This document shows positions 27,225 through 40,353 of a stretch of DNA of 64,000 nt, one piece after another. Position 1 is the stretch's first letter, and each line of letters starts with the position of its first letter. Source of the stretch: Octopus vulgaris (taxonomy: Eukaryota). The position numbers and the translations under genes are program-made. Under the pieces are notes generated by a model. It was not told the origin of the DNA. It did no database searches and saw only the letters and a list, made by a program, of their open reading frames with translations. Location: assembly GCA_951406725.2 (NCBI GenBank), contig OX597818.1:8990001-9054000 (forward strand). The letters run 5' to 3'.

Positions 27225-27845
27225 TCAGAATTCATCAAATCTATTTCCAGGAACATTGATAGCATTTTACATTTCCAAGTTCTTATTTGACAATATGATT
27301 AATCTGCATAGGTTTTTACCCACAGCCAATCAGTTTTAATCAGTTCTATTATTTCTGTAATAACTGCCAGATCGCAGTCACTTTCATGATTCCCATATGA
27401 ATTTTGTTGTTCGGATGTAGAGTAGTACACAGTTTATAACAGTGTCCTCGTGCAGTATACTAGGTCATCTATCTAACAATGTTTCCCGTGTACATCATAA
27501 CTTTTTACAGGTAATTGGACCAACTAGCTGCAGTAAATACTTCTATCGCAAATAGTATATACGTTCTATCTATGTTCTACTCTACAAAGCAAGACAAACT
27601 TAACGGCATAAAAGCTATACTAAAAAATATGGACGATAACGACAGGATCAATTCGATCTTGATAAAGTGTACATGACCAGATCGTTTTCTTTTCCTTTTT
27701 GTCCGTTTACTGTAGTTAAACCAGCAAGAAAAATAACATGCATGACAAATGCAGGCTTCCTCACCGTAAATGGTTCCACAATCGTCATGATCTCTCCTTG
27801 TAACAATATTACGATAAAATTGAAGAGCAATATCGCTATTTCCAT
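27225..27845 (-). pseudogene. Probable acetylcholine-binding-protein / nicotinic receptor ligand-binding-domain-like pseudogene, intronless
   Basis: Pieced translation: signal-like HVIFLAGLTTVNG, KENDLVMYTLSRSN/DPVVI, FSIAFMPLSLSCFVE*N..AIEVFTAASWSNYL, VMMYTG, SYGNHESDCDL, WVKTYAD, HIVK*E, VPGNRFDEF. The order is consistent with a Cys-loop extracellular domain. Multiple stops and frameshifts; recognised from memory only. Confidence 0.5.
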
Positions 27846-28564
27846 CTTTCTGAATGCTAGTCACGATAAACCAGTGTTATGTTTATATGAATTTGCTTAA
27901 CCTTCTAAAAATTGAAACTCAACCACTCTTCACGTGGATAATTACAATTTCGAAAATTATTGGATTTACGAATATAATTCTTATGTAATACAAAAGTAAT
28001 TGGATGAAATAGCGCGGCCACAGACTTAGGGCTGAAATATGTCAAACAGTAAAACAAACAATTATTATTACTATTATTACCAGTGGGAACATTTCACTGA
28101 ATTAATAGTAAACCTATTGGGTTATTCTTGAAAAACTTTATCCAATATGCCTGAAAGTGTAGTATGTGTTGTGTCTGTATCAAAAGATAGTCGCTCACCT
28201 GCTATTTATTAAAAAGTGATGGAAATTGGAATATGATGATTATTTAATGAACTTCATATATATAGCACAATTTTATAGACTTGATAGACAACACTCATGA
28301 AATTCACTGTTATTTTGCCATTTATCCTATAAGGAGAAAAAATTACATATTAGAATTTACATGGTCACACTTTCATATCTAGTAAATAAAAATTTTATAG
28401 TAAAAAAAAAATTTGTTTATATGTAAAATATAAGAGTCACAATTTCACAGGAGTAAAAATTTAATACAACATGGGATACTCTGAAAAACCACATCATTGG
28501 TAACTTATAAGCCAAGCCGATGGAGCAGAGCCAATTTACATTTGAATTTGCGTACACCTTTCAA

Positions 28565-28830
28565 TCCAATACTTCTTTGCAGACAACGTTCTTCCTGTAG
28601 GTCTCCCTCTTCTTTTCCTTTGTTTGTCAGTGTTGATAAGTTTAATTCTCACATCAGATCATTTGCGAACCCTTCACAATGCAATATATAGCTGACTATG
28701 ATCGCATGCAGGTTCAGGCAAGAACAACCCCACTTTATCAAATTTCTGCTGTTGTGATTTATTTATAGTCATTGCATATGACAGGTGAACGGGGAACTGC
28801 TTTTTTTTTCTAAATAGAATGGTAAGTTTT
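28565..28830 (-). mobile_element. Helitron Pif1-like helicase C-terminal relic
   Basis: KQFPVHLSYAMTINKSQQQKFDKVGLFLPEPACDHSQLYIAL*RV..KNVVCKEVL matches Pif1 motifs V/VI (QFP..LA.A.TINKSQG, HGQLYVALSRV). Confidence 0.88.
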
Positions 28831-29169
28831 GGGATGCACCTACGTTAAGTGATATAAAACAGTTCAATTAAAAAACAAATCACTTTTCACTATGCACTCA
28901 CCACCACAACCACCACCTCTCTCTCTCTTTACTTTTCCCTCTCTTTCTGCCTCACTCTTCACTATATTCTCTTTTTCTCATTCCGTTTTTTTTCTCTCGT
29001 TCTCCCTTTTCCGTCAACTAATCTCGTAAAAGCGTTACAATTACGTTCTCTCTACCTCACGTCATGGATGCTTCTCTCAACCTCTTTTTCTCTCTCCGTT
29101 TCTTTCTCCCACTTTTGCTCTAATCACGTGAAAGTGTTATTGACAGGCTAATCAACGTAATAACAAGCA

Positions 29170-29265
<96 letters not shown>

Positions 29266-29280
29266 TTACTATTATTATTG

Positions 29281-29767
29281 TCCATCAAAGTGACACTGAG
29301 GTACAAATATACGAGGCCCAGTATACCCATCATGACTACCGGTCTGCTAAGGGTACTGCAGACATATGCATTACAACCATACCTGCGCGACATGGTGATC
29401 TCATATCAAGATATACAGCACATAACCTTGTAGGTGGATCCCAGTCAGAATTTTTTCAACTTGAGTATCCCATCCCGCTCAAAACGTCCCTGAATAAGGT
29501 TTGCTTAAGGATGATGAACAAAACACCCAAGGTTATGATGCTCCTCCACTACTTCTCAAGATCAGACATGCACATATCGTCAAACACTAAAAGACATGTC
29601 CAACTGGTGACGTTCAAGCAACTGACAAGCATATCTGTAGTACTGAGCAGAATATTTGCTGTAGTCCATCTTTTATACCAAGACAAAAGGATGTACACGA
29701 TAAGACTTCCAATCGGTTAAGACCAGAAGCCATGTGTGCCACTGTCTGTTACTGCATCAGGGCATTT
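29281..29767 (-). mobile_element. Non-autonomous R4/Dong partner element, copy 2 (internally shortened)
   Basis: Homologous to 39655-40210; flanked by (TTA)n/(TAA)n. Confidence 0.8.
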
Positions 29768-29859
29768 ACTGCATCGGAGCGTCTATTATTATTGTAATAA
29801 TATTAATAATATTAATGATAATAATGATAATAATGATAATAATAATAATAATAATAATA

Positions 29860-29997
<138 letters not shown>

Positions 29998-29999
29998 TG

Positions 30000-30230
30000 T
30001 AAGGCGGCCATATGGAAAAATCGTTAGCACGCTGGACGAAATACTTAGCAGAATTTCGTTCTGCTTAGCAGAATGTAGCCCGTCGCTACGTTCTGAGTTC
30101 AAATAAGGACGGTGTCGACTTTGCCTTTTATCCTTTCGGGGTGAATAAAATAAGTTCCTGTTGAATACTGGAATCAATGTAATCGACTAGCCCCCTCCCT
30201 AAAATTTGGCCCTTGTGCCAAAATTTGTAG
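30000..30230 (+). mobile_element. SINE
   Basis: aaggcggc..aatcgttagcacgctggacgaaatacttagc..cgttctgagttcaaat..gtcgactttgcctttt..ggccttgtgcc; same family as 16.8, 35.7-36.2, 38.1 and 59.1 kb. Confidence 0.75.
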
Positions 30231-30659
30231 CCATTATTGTTATTATTATGGTTAGGAGGGTGATGAAGGCAGAAGTGGTAGGCATCAGAACTGGAGGCAG
30301 ATCTCGGATTGTGTTAATGGATGGAGTGAGAAAAGCTTTCGTGGTTAGAGGTGTTGGATTGAGGCAAAAGAGTTTATGAATGATTGGAGAACTTGGAGAG
30401 TGTTTGTGGACGGAGAAGTGAATTTGATGTTGCTCAAAGAAGTACAGGACCAGCATGATGCGGTGGGACCATGATGTCGGGCTCCACGTTTGATATTAGG
30501 GGTTGCGTTCTATGTCTTAACCCGAGCAGGGAACGAGGCCCACCTCTTTGAGCTGGAAAATGAATGGAATGCCTGGTGGGTTTCTTGTTGTGGCTACACC
30601 CTCCTAAAAATGGTGAATAGGCCTGGGTATATATATAAAAAAATATGACTATCATTATT

Positions 30660-33600
30660 CGCTGCGGAATACATCGGACGTGTCAGGTGGGTTCAGTTTA
30701 AAACATTTACTAACACGAGTTTAATGCCTTTTTCGTCATTCATTTTGTACCAAGCTGTTAATAGAAACACCAGAAACCTGTCACTGGTTTTCTGTGTTTG
30801 TTTAGTCCATCGATGAGCTATATTCGGCCCACGAAATAAGTTCGGTGGGCGTTTAATGAAATACAACAAGATGGTGGAGCGCGTCTTGAAAGAGATGAGA
30901 AAAAATCTGCCCCTCCCGCAGGTCTGGTGACTACTGAAGATTTCCTTCCCCTTCCCTCAGTTAGTGGCTCAACAACGGAAAGAGGGAGGAAAGAAGCGAG
31001 AGTGAAAAAGTAGCAAGTCCATCTCGTTGTAACAGCAGCAGCAACATCGACAACAGCAACAGTAGCAGTGACATCAACAGCGGTAGCAGTGACAGCAGCA
31101 GCAGCAGCAGCAGTAGCAGTAGTAGTAATAGTAGTAGTAGTAGTAGTAATAGTAGTAGCAGCAGTAATAACAACAACTACACAAACAGCACCAACAACAC
31201 CAACAACAACGACAACAACAGCAGCACAAGCAACTTCAACAGCAACAACGAGAACATTACCAACATTACTGATGTCAAGAACGCTTTAGGCTGTTGCAGC
31301 AGCCAAAAAGGGATCAAGCTACAACATTGACCTCACAAATAAAAACGACAAGTTGTCCTAGACCTGGAAACTGATCAAGCAAAAGCAAGCCTGGGACAGC
31401 TTAACTGTCCTGGTGGAAGCCATCATAGCAGTGGAGAGAAGAACGGTGCATTTCAGATGCAACTCAGCAGAAACAAAGAAAACGGCTTCATTTGCCGAAG
31501 CAGATATTGAAACTGTGCTGAAGTGCATCAGAGATGACAACGAGTACACAGCGAAAGGCAGATAATACGGTACAGTCTCGGTGCTGCTTAAGTCACAAGC
31601 CCTCTCTATGAAACAATCAATGATCCCTAGCAGAACCAGCAAGGTCATAAAGTACCCCTCCCTCACGGGAAGACGAACAGCACGTATCCGCATTCCCTGA
31701 ATTCCACCAGGACTTAATATGAGATGCGTAATTGTACAAGGGACGGATACTGTCTTGATGGAGGTGACAAAAATGCCAGGGAGGACTGGTCCGGGGTTGA
31801 CCTGAAGATACATTTGTAGATCAGGCCTGAAAATTTAAAAAGAATCCCGGGCCACATCCATCTCCAGAACGGGACGGTGATACATATAATGACTGAGGGA
31901 AAATGCCGCTTTGTTTCCTTCGTGGAGAAACAACCCATATCCGAACCTTCTACCCTCAACTGATAAGAGTTGAAAGCGATCAAAGGTCTCGGGTGCTGCC
32001 TACACCGGGGCACCAGCAACAACACCAAAGGAAACACCACCAAAGAACACCCAAGGGAAAAACGAGGAAAGCTCTTTCACTCTCCACAAAAGAAAAATTC
32101 ACACGTGAATAAAAACATAAACACCCATACTGACACATTTACAGCCACATAAATCTTCCTCTTCCACGAGTGAAGATGAAGGAATATCAAAAGCCAATAA
32201 AAACCAAAAAAAATGTACAAAGTTTAACAACACCCTCAATAAAAAAAATAGAGACACCTCCCACGCAAACATCTCCCCTAAAACACCAACAACATCACCA
32301 TCACCAAAATCCCCCAAATGCAAACAACCTAAACAGACCCAAGAACAAATATACACACAAGCATCTGAAACTGCAAATAATTCACTCACACCAAACACAG
32401 GCACAACAGAAATAATACCAATGAAACCATCATCACCACAATCAAGCAATCAAATAAAATATCACTAACAAATATACAGAAAGTAGAAAAGAAGAGAGAC
32501 ATTCAATACATCAGCTGTATGCACTGTTACCCTAAATAAGAGAGACAATAAAGCCACCTTCACCATTGCAAACGAGTGAAGCCTCAACCACACCGGTCAA
32601 CCAGAGCAATGGTCAAGGAATGCGCGACTGAGCAAACATATCTCTCTTCTCTGCTACAGAACACTCCGACTATGAAAATTTCGCCTAACGATGAAAACAA
32701 CCTTGGAAACCTACCCAAAGAGCGGTACAAGACTAAAAACAAAGTGATTACAGGAGGAGACACCAACAAGCCATCACACACTCACACAAACTAAACCAAC
32801 GCAATTACACACATCTCCAATACCACCGACATAACAAGCACCTCAACAAGCGAAAACATATAGCACTCAAGACCAACATCATGAACACCACTCCCAATGC
32901 ATCGTTAATTGCACGGCCATAAACACAAACTATTACAAAATACACAGACATTACTCTAAACGAATACATAGCACCTCTGCAGAACAGCACATAAAAATTA
33001 TATAAAACAATGTAATAAAATTGCAAAAACAAACTGAAAGCAAAATACCGCAATGGAAGGAAATTTCGGAGCGACCATAAACAAAAAGCTCTACAAAGAA
33101 GTACTTGTGAAGACACCTACATACATAGGATAAGTGATTACCTTTATCCTCCTTTTCTCTAACAACCATAGCATTGATCCGAGTAGGCATTATAAATGTG
33201 CGCGAGCTGGGGTTGCCTTGTAAACAGGACCACCTATTAAATAACCGCAAGTCATTTAGTAAGTGGTCTAGATGTAGTTGCTAACAGAGAAGTCAGACAC
33301 TCCGATTGACAAGATTTCTTGCCCATCTTCGGTGGATACGAGATATATTTATCTCCATATCAAACGGAAAAGGTGGGAGTGAAACTGCAGTGTTGTTTCT
33401 GAGAGGTCTGGATCTCAAGATAAGGACAATCTTCCTGTTCCTAGAAAGTAAGTTGGTGGTCATGGATGCGAAAAGTTGCGAGGAGGGTGCCTTCAAAATG
33501 GTGGCTACATATGCTCTGACAGAGGCAGGACAACGAGATTTCTTCAAACGTCTGCAAATTTTCTTGGGAACATCTCAACCTTTAGTGTTGATAGCTGCCT

Positions 33601-35470
33601 GGAATGCATTTCGGGCGCATGCTAAGAATATCTAGGGATTGCTGTTAGGAGGGTGGGGGTGCAGCAACCTTCCCAAATCCGCTCAGACGTTTTCAAATGC
33701 CTCACAGGTGCTAACTGAATATCCTAAATGTGTCAGTGTGGACGTGAATGTAGCGCAAGGGTGCATCTTGGTCGTATCTATATATATAGAGTATACTGTA
33801 CGCCAGTAGATAAGGATAGTATAAGCGGTCCACCTTTTAAACAGGAGGCTATACAGAGCACAATTTTATGATCAGCACAGTCTATTTCCATAGACTTCGT
33901 AGACAAGGGCCCGTTTAATGGAAGCAGAACGCGTCACTCTCAGCATGCTGAGCTCACAGAGAGCGGATTAGCGAAGTAATTGAGCTGACATTGACGGAGT
34001 CAATCGTTAACAACAAATGGCGGTTTGCCCTGAAAATGGCAATTAGAGTAAACTCAGATTAAGTAAGGTGACAGAAATAAATAAAAAAAGAAAGGAACTT
34101 AAAAACGTAGAAGAAGCGCGCTGGAAAATCATTGCAGCCAGCGTAGTGGTAGCGACACATTCTTCAAATGTAAGCATGAAGGATACGCTGTCACATCTAA
34201 GGCGCGTGCTCTAAGGAACGAGGGAATGAAAACGGTTCTATGTGCCTGAATGGCAGAGGCGCAACGTAGCAACAAAACCATGCTTCGATTTTAAGCGGAA
34301 CAAAATGGGAACATGGTACTCGACTCCGAGTAGATGTGAGCGACATTTGAACAGCATTTCGTCTACCAAATAGCAGTCCGGAACGCAGGATGGACTTCAG
34401 TGCTTCCTTCAATGGCATTCCACGTTTCTCGGCAAGGGGTGCAAATCGATGTGAAATGGAGATAACAGGCAGGGAAATACAGGATGCGAAGATAGACTGC
34501 ACGTAATGGGGTGTGTGGGTGGATTGGGGTGGGGCGATCGTCTTGTTCAGATGGTTTGCCCAACGAGCATTACTTTTATATGCAAGACTTGTTTGACTGC
34601 CTTTTAGCAGATATCTACCATGACTGACAGTAGTACAGAAGTATTCCTTACTTATGTGAATCGAGGAGCCGTTACACTGCTGATACAGAACCTAGACAAG
34701 GAGGATCAAATAGAACTATTTAAGTATATAACGCTACTGAATGCGGATTTCAAAATTTTGGCCACTGTGATATTTGGGCAATACTATCCACTTTGGTGTT
34801 CTATAGAGAGGGTCAGTGGTGGGCCACTGCGATGACGTTCTCGGGGTGATTGTGGGCATCGATGACGATTAACTAGCTGGGCTGTTTTGGAGGACTTTTG
34901 GATTGGTACTCGTGGATAATTTCCACAAATCCATGGCCTGCCAGTGCTACCGGGGCATTTCTGGCTCGAGACAAATTCTACAGACATGCAAGTGTCGTAG
35001 ACCGGGCTTTCCAACGATGCACGCAGAGCGATGAAAATGTCCTGCACATTCTCCTCCAGTACTCGAGCATTTATGTCGAACACTTGTTGGCACAGTCCAG
35101 CTGAGTCGATTGTGAAGTTCTTCCAAGTGACGGTAGGGAGGAAGGTGCTGCCTCTCTGTAAACCTGTTTAAAAGTTAGTAAATGCTGCAAGAATGATCCA
35201 AGTGAATGGGTCTATTCTGAGCATACATTTGTGGGTGGAAGGGGGATGATGTGGAGTGGGCACACGATCTCTTCGTTCGATTGACCCTGGTTTTATGTGA
35301 TTTCCATGAACAGCCCATTGAAATGTCCCTTATGTGGGTAATTTTCCGTATATAAAATGACTTTTGGTATCGTTAATATTTTTATGGACACGCTTTATAT
35401 AACATCTGAATTGTATTTTCCTGTACCGTTCCCAATTTTTTTTTATAAAACCTTCGTTGTTGTAAAGAAA
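30660..35470 (+). mobile_element. Decayed Tx1/L1-clade LINE (ORF1, APE, partial RT, 3' end)
   Basis: APE: IRVGIINVRELG..GGSETAVLFLRGLDL..MVATYALT..DFFKRLQIFLGTSQPLVLIAAWNA; RT: GAVTLL..ITLLNADFKILATV; numerous stops. Confidence 0.82.
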
Positions 35471-35473
35471 ACA

Positions 35474-35526
35474 TTCTTCTTCTTCTTCTTCTTCTTCTTC
35501 TTCTTCTTCTTCTTCTTCTTCTTCTT

Positions 35527-35598
<72 letters not shown>

Positions 35599-35611
35599 GT
35601 TGTTGTTGTTG

Positions 35612-35643
<32 letters not shown>

Positions 35644-35665
35644 GTTATTATTATTATTATTATTA
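35474..35665. repeat. Compound trinucleotide microsatellite (CTT)n(TTA)n(TTG)n
   Basis: Directly visible. Confidence 0.95.
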
Positions 35666-35719
35666 ATGAAATGACAGAAATTATAGATAGTTTGAAAAAA
35701 TCTTATGTAATTTGTTCCG

Positions 35720-36230
35720 ACTCTTTCTTTGAGATGAATTGCAGCTGAGGTCAATTTTGCCTCTCGTTCTTCTTGAACCGATAAAATGAAAAATTAGTCA
35801 AATAATGGGATCGATAGTATTGACTAATCTAAAAAGCTGCGGGCCGAACTCCTTAACATTAGCTTTATCCTTAGTGACAGTGAGCTAGCAGATTCATTAG
35901 ATGCATATGTCTAGGAGTATTTCTACCGGCAGCTTACGTTCTGTGTTCTAATTCCACCGAAGTTAACTTTACATTTTATTTCTGCGGGGTCAATAATTAA
36001 AGTGTCAATACTGTTGTCTATGGTATCAAATCCCATTGCCCGAATAGGCCTTGTGTCTATATTGTTAGCGGTATTTTGTCCGTCTTTGCGTTCTGAATTC
36101 AAATCCTACCGAGTTCAGCTTTGCTTTCTTCCATTTCGGGGTCGATAAAAGAAGCATCAGCTGAACACCGGGGTCGATGTAATGAACTTATCCCGGAATT
36201 GATGGTCTTGTGCCAACATTAGAAATCACT
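35720..36230 (+). mobile_element. Tandem cluster of decayed SINE copies
   Basis: Repeated cgttctgaattcaaat..gctttgcttt..ttcggggtcgataaaa motifs. Confidence 0.65.
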
Positions 36231-36499
36231 ATTACTATTATTATAGCTGTTGTTCTTGTTACTGCTCATCCTTTCTGACTGAATATTTAAGACCTCGAGT
36301 TGGTGTATTTTCCTCTGTAAAAGATGCATTTTTTAAATTTCAATGTGTTGTCTTCTTATTAAACCAACCTGGACTTTAAAGGATAGGATGGTGCATTTGA
36401 TTATCACTCCCTGGGAAAAACATTGAAAGGAAGAAATTATTTTTTAATAAAGTCGAATATTCAAAATGACTTCCACGCTCTCATTCTTACTTGTTGGTC

Positions 36500-37620
36500 A
36501 GCAAGCGAGGAAGTAATTTTGGAAGTAAAAGTCTAATTGAAGTCATCAACTCCAGCCATATAACACCACAAAAGTAGAAGTGAAAAACAACAGTATCAGC
36601 ATCATCATCAGCAGCAAAAATAACAATAATATCAACAGCGACAGCGGCAATGACAGTATTAGCACAAGTAAATGAGTCAAAGAGGAAAATTGGGATACGC
36701 AGGAAAACCACCGCCGCCGGCCATATCTCGCCTGCGAAAGAGAATTCCTTGTCACCACTACAACTGCTGTAGTAATGGCATTGGAACGAACCCCTGCTGC
36801 CACCCCATTTATAATCAATGACAGCAGCAACAACAACAAATGTATCTGCAGAAGATGCAGTGAAAGCTCATCTTTCCTGGAGTGCTGACTTTCAAAATGT
36901 CTTGATTTAATTCACTGGATAAAATCATCAATATCTTGAAAAATACAGAGGCATATCAGCAGTAAAGAAAGAAAAGTTACGCTCAAAATACAACTACAGC
37001 TCCAAGACTAAAGAGAGATAGAAAAGGTTGAATACCCATGCATATCATTAAATAAATTCAACTGATTATCCCTACAGCAAGCTGAACTCTGCTCGAAAAT
37101 AATGTGGGAGACATAGACGTCGTCAAATGCGCTAGTCAGTTTGATTACAGAGTGCCTTTTCATTCGGAAACCATGTCCCTTAAGCATTCCGAATGGTTAC
37201 CTAGTAATGAAAAATTTACACGGGACCGATTTTAGTCTGATTAGATATTTCAAATATATTACTATGGGACATAGACTAAAACTCTTTCCTCAAAATCACT
37301 CGCTTTATATCAAGTCAGAACCTGTTATTACGAAACATTATAGCAGCCAACTCTCAAATTAGTTGTTTCATTCCAAACCAAAGTAACCGAACAATATCAA
37401 AACATATGCCACCGTGACATCACAAATTCAAATGGCATAGAACCTGAAGTTACAATATATAATTTCCATCACAAAACATATGAGATATATTTATCTAATT
37501 ATCCAGTCAAAATATCAGAGATTGTGTTGAAACCCTCGTGAAGGAACTTAAATTTCGTGAAGAACTAACATTACCGTTTTAATCTGATCTCTTATTTAAG
37601 TTATCAAACTACAACCATTT
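36500..37620 (+). mobile_element. Decayed Tx1-like LINE ORF1 fragment
   Basis: LLENNVGDIDVVKCASQFDYRVPFHSETMSLKHS parallels ETVLKCIRDDNEYTAKG..SQALSMKQS of the 31.5 kb element, with a similar CAG/CAA-rich leader. Confidence 0.45.
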
Positions 37621-38074
37621 AACGATTCTACAGAGAGAAGTGTATCTAATTACTGATAGCCTGCCAGACCTCACAGTAACCCCGCTAAGATGGACTAACA
37701 GTGATACGAGGCTTAGCTCTTCACTCACAGTAAGCACTGCTTCTAACATCTCCAATATCTGGTAAACTTTGACATGGTGTTGCTGAATGAACCCGCTGTC
37801 ATTAACAGATCGAAGTTCGGTTCTCATTTAATACAAATTGAAGTAAAGTTCTTTCTGCATAAACATACTTTAACAAAAGTTATTATTGTTATGTTATTTG
37901 TTCCCGCTCTTTTCGTTCACGTTGTGGTCAACATCGTCTCTTGCCTTCCACAATCGACAAAATTAATTACCATTCAAGTAATAGGATAGATAGTATAGTC
38001 TTATCATTTCTCCTAAAAGCTGCTAGCCAAAATTTGTAAAATCTTTTATTATTATATTATGCTTACTTTTAATT

Positions 38075-38720
38075 CTGGTTTCAAATTTTAGCACAAGGCC
38101 ACCAATTTTGTGGGAGGTGGTAGGTCGATTACGTCGACGTCAGTAATCAAATGGTACATATTTTATCGACTCTGAAAGCAGGAAAGCAAAGTTGACCTCG
38201 ATGGTATATGTTTAATATTAATATAAATATTATTATTCAAGGCAGCGAGCGAGCAGAATCGATGGCACGCTGGCAATGGGCTTAGTGACTTGTCGTCCGT
38301 CTTTATGTTGTGAGTTGAGGGAAGGCGCGTGCCTTAGTTCTTAGGGTATTCGGCTCAAGATCGTAGGGTCCTGACTTCAATTCTGGGCGATGGATTGTGC
38401 CTTTGAGTAAGATTATTTATCTAACGTTGTTGCACTCCTCTCAACTGTCAAAAATGTGTTTCAAAGGGCCAGTCTTGTCACACTCTGTGTCACACTGAAT
38501 CTACCTGAGAAATACACTAAGGGCGCACATGCTTGTGGAATGCTCAGCCACATGCACGTTAATTTCATGAGCAGTATGTTCCGTCGATCGGATCAACTGG
38601 AATCCTCGTTGTCGTAAGCGACAGAGTCCAAATACCATATTGTAAGTTTAAATTCCTATCGAGGTTGATAAACGAAGTACTAGTAGGTCTTGTAGCAAAA
38701 TTTGAAACCAATACTATCAT
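38075..38720. mobile_element. Nested SINE cluster
   Basis: A copy of the 21966 family (~38320-38630) interrupts a SINE of the 30000 family. Confidence 0.7.
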
Positions 38721-39654
38721 TATTCCATCTGCTCTGCTGCATGTAAATATAAACTGATGATATGATTAATAATTGAAACATAGCAATTAAATGTTATGTA
38801 CACATGGATACGTTTGCGTAGCATCACATGTATGGATACACAAGTAAAATAATTTCAAAAGTTCTTGGACACACCTTTGTTTGGACAAATACATATAACA
38901 AGGTCTGTCCTTTTGGACCTGATATTTCTTGACTCAAAAATAGACGCCCTTTTTCTGTATACAACATTTTTATGCCATTCCCGGTATGTCACAATCACCT
39001 GCTACACAGAAAACATATTCCCGCTTTGTACTTTTCAGAGAATAAAGCAATCTCAGAATAAAACAATCGGGCAGGCAAGGCAGTTTTCCTTTGCCTAGTT
39101 GCTGTGGGGAAAGTGGTTGTTTGATGAACAATGCTGAAAGGCATGAAGCAGACACATTCCTCTTTGGTAGAGCTGTCATTGACTGCTTCAAGATTTACTT
39201 GAAAACGAAATTGAGAGTGGAGAGGGAAGTACTGTCCTAGGGCGAGTCTATTGAAAGGTGGATGAAAGTTGCGAAAATGGCAAGAGTGGATGGTACCTCT
39301 CTAAGTGTAGACCTGTGAGTCCGAGAGAAGGAATTGGAGAAGGCATTTACTCTTGGGATTACAGGAAAATCTTGGACAGGGTGCTTCCTCGATTATCCCT
39401 AGCGGCCTTCCTTTATCAGGAAGGCTACACCTCTATCATATTTCCCGTCACTTTCTTTTTATTTTTTAACCTTTGTAGGCTACGCACTTGACTCTTCATT
39501 TTCAGTGTATACCGTAGATACTTTTTTCTTGGTATTTTTTATCATCTCATTATATGTAAACATCCATAATACATGTCTGTCTTTGTATTTCCCCCTCCTC
39601 CTTCGCGCTTGTGGGTAATATATGAAATCATTATTATCATTATAATTATTGTTA

Positions 39655-40352
<698 letters not shown>

Positions 40353-40353
40353 T

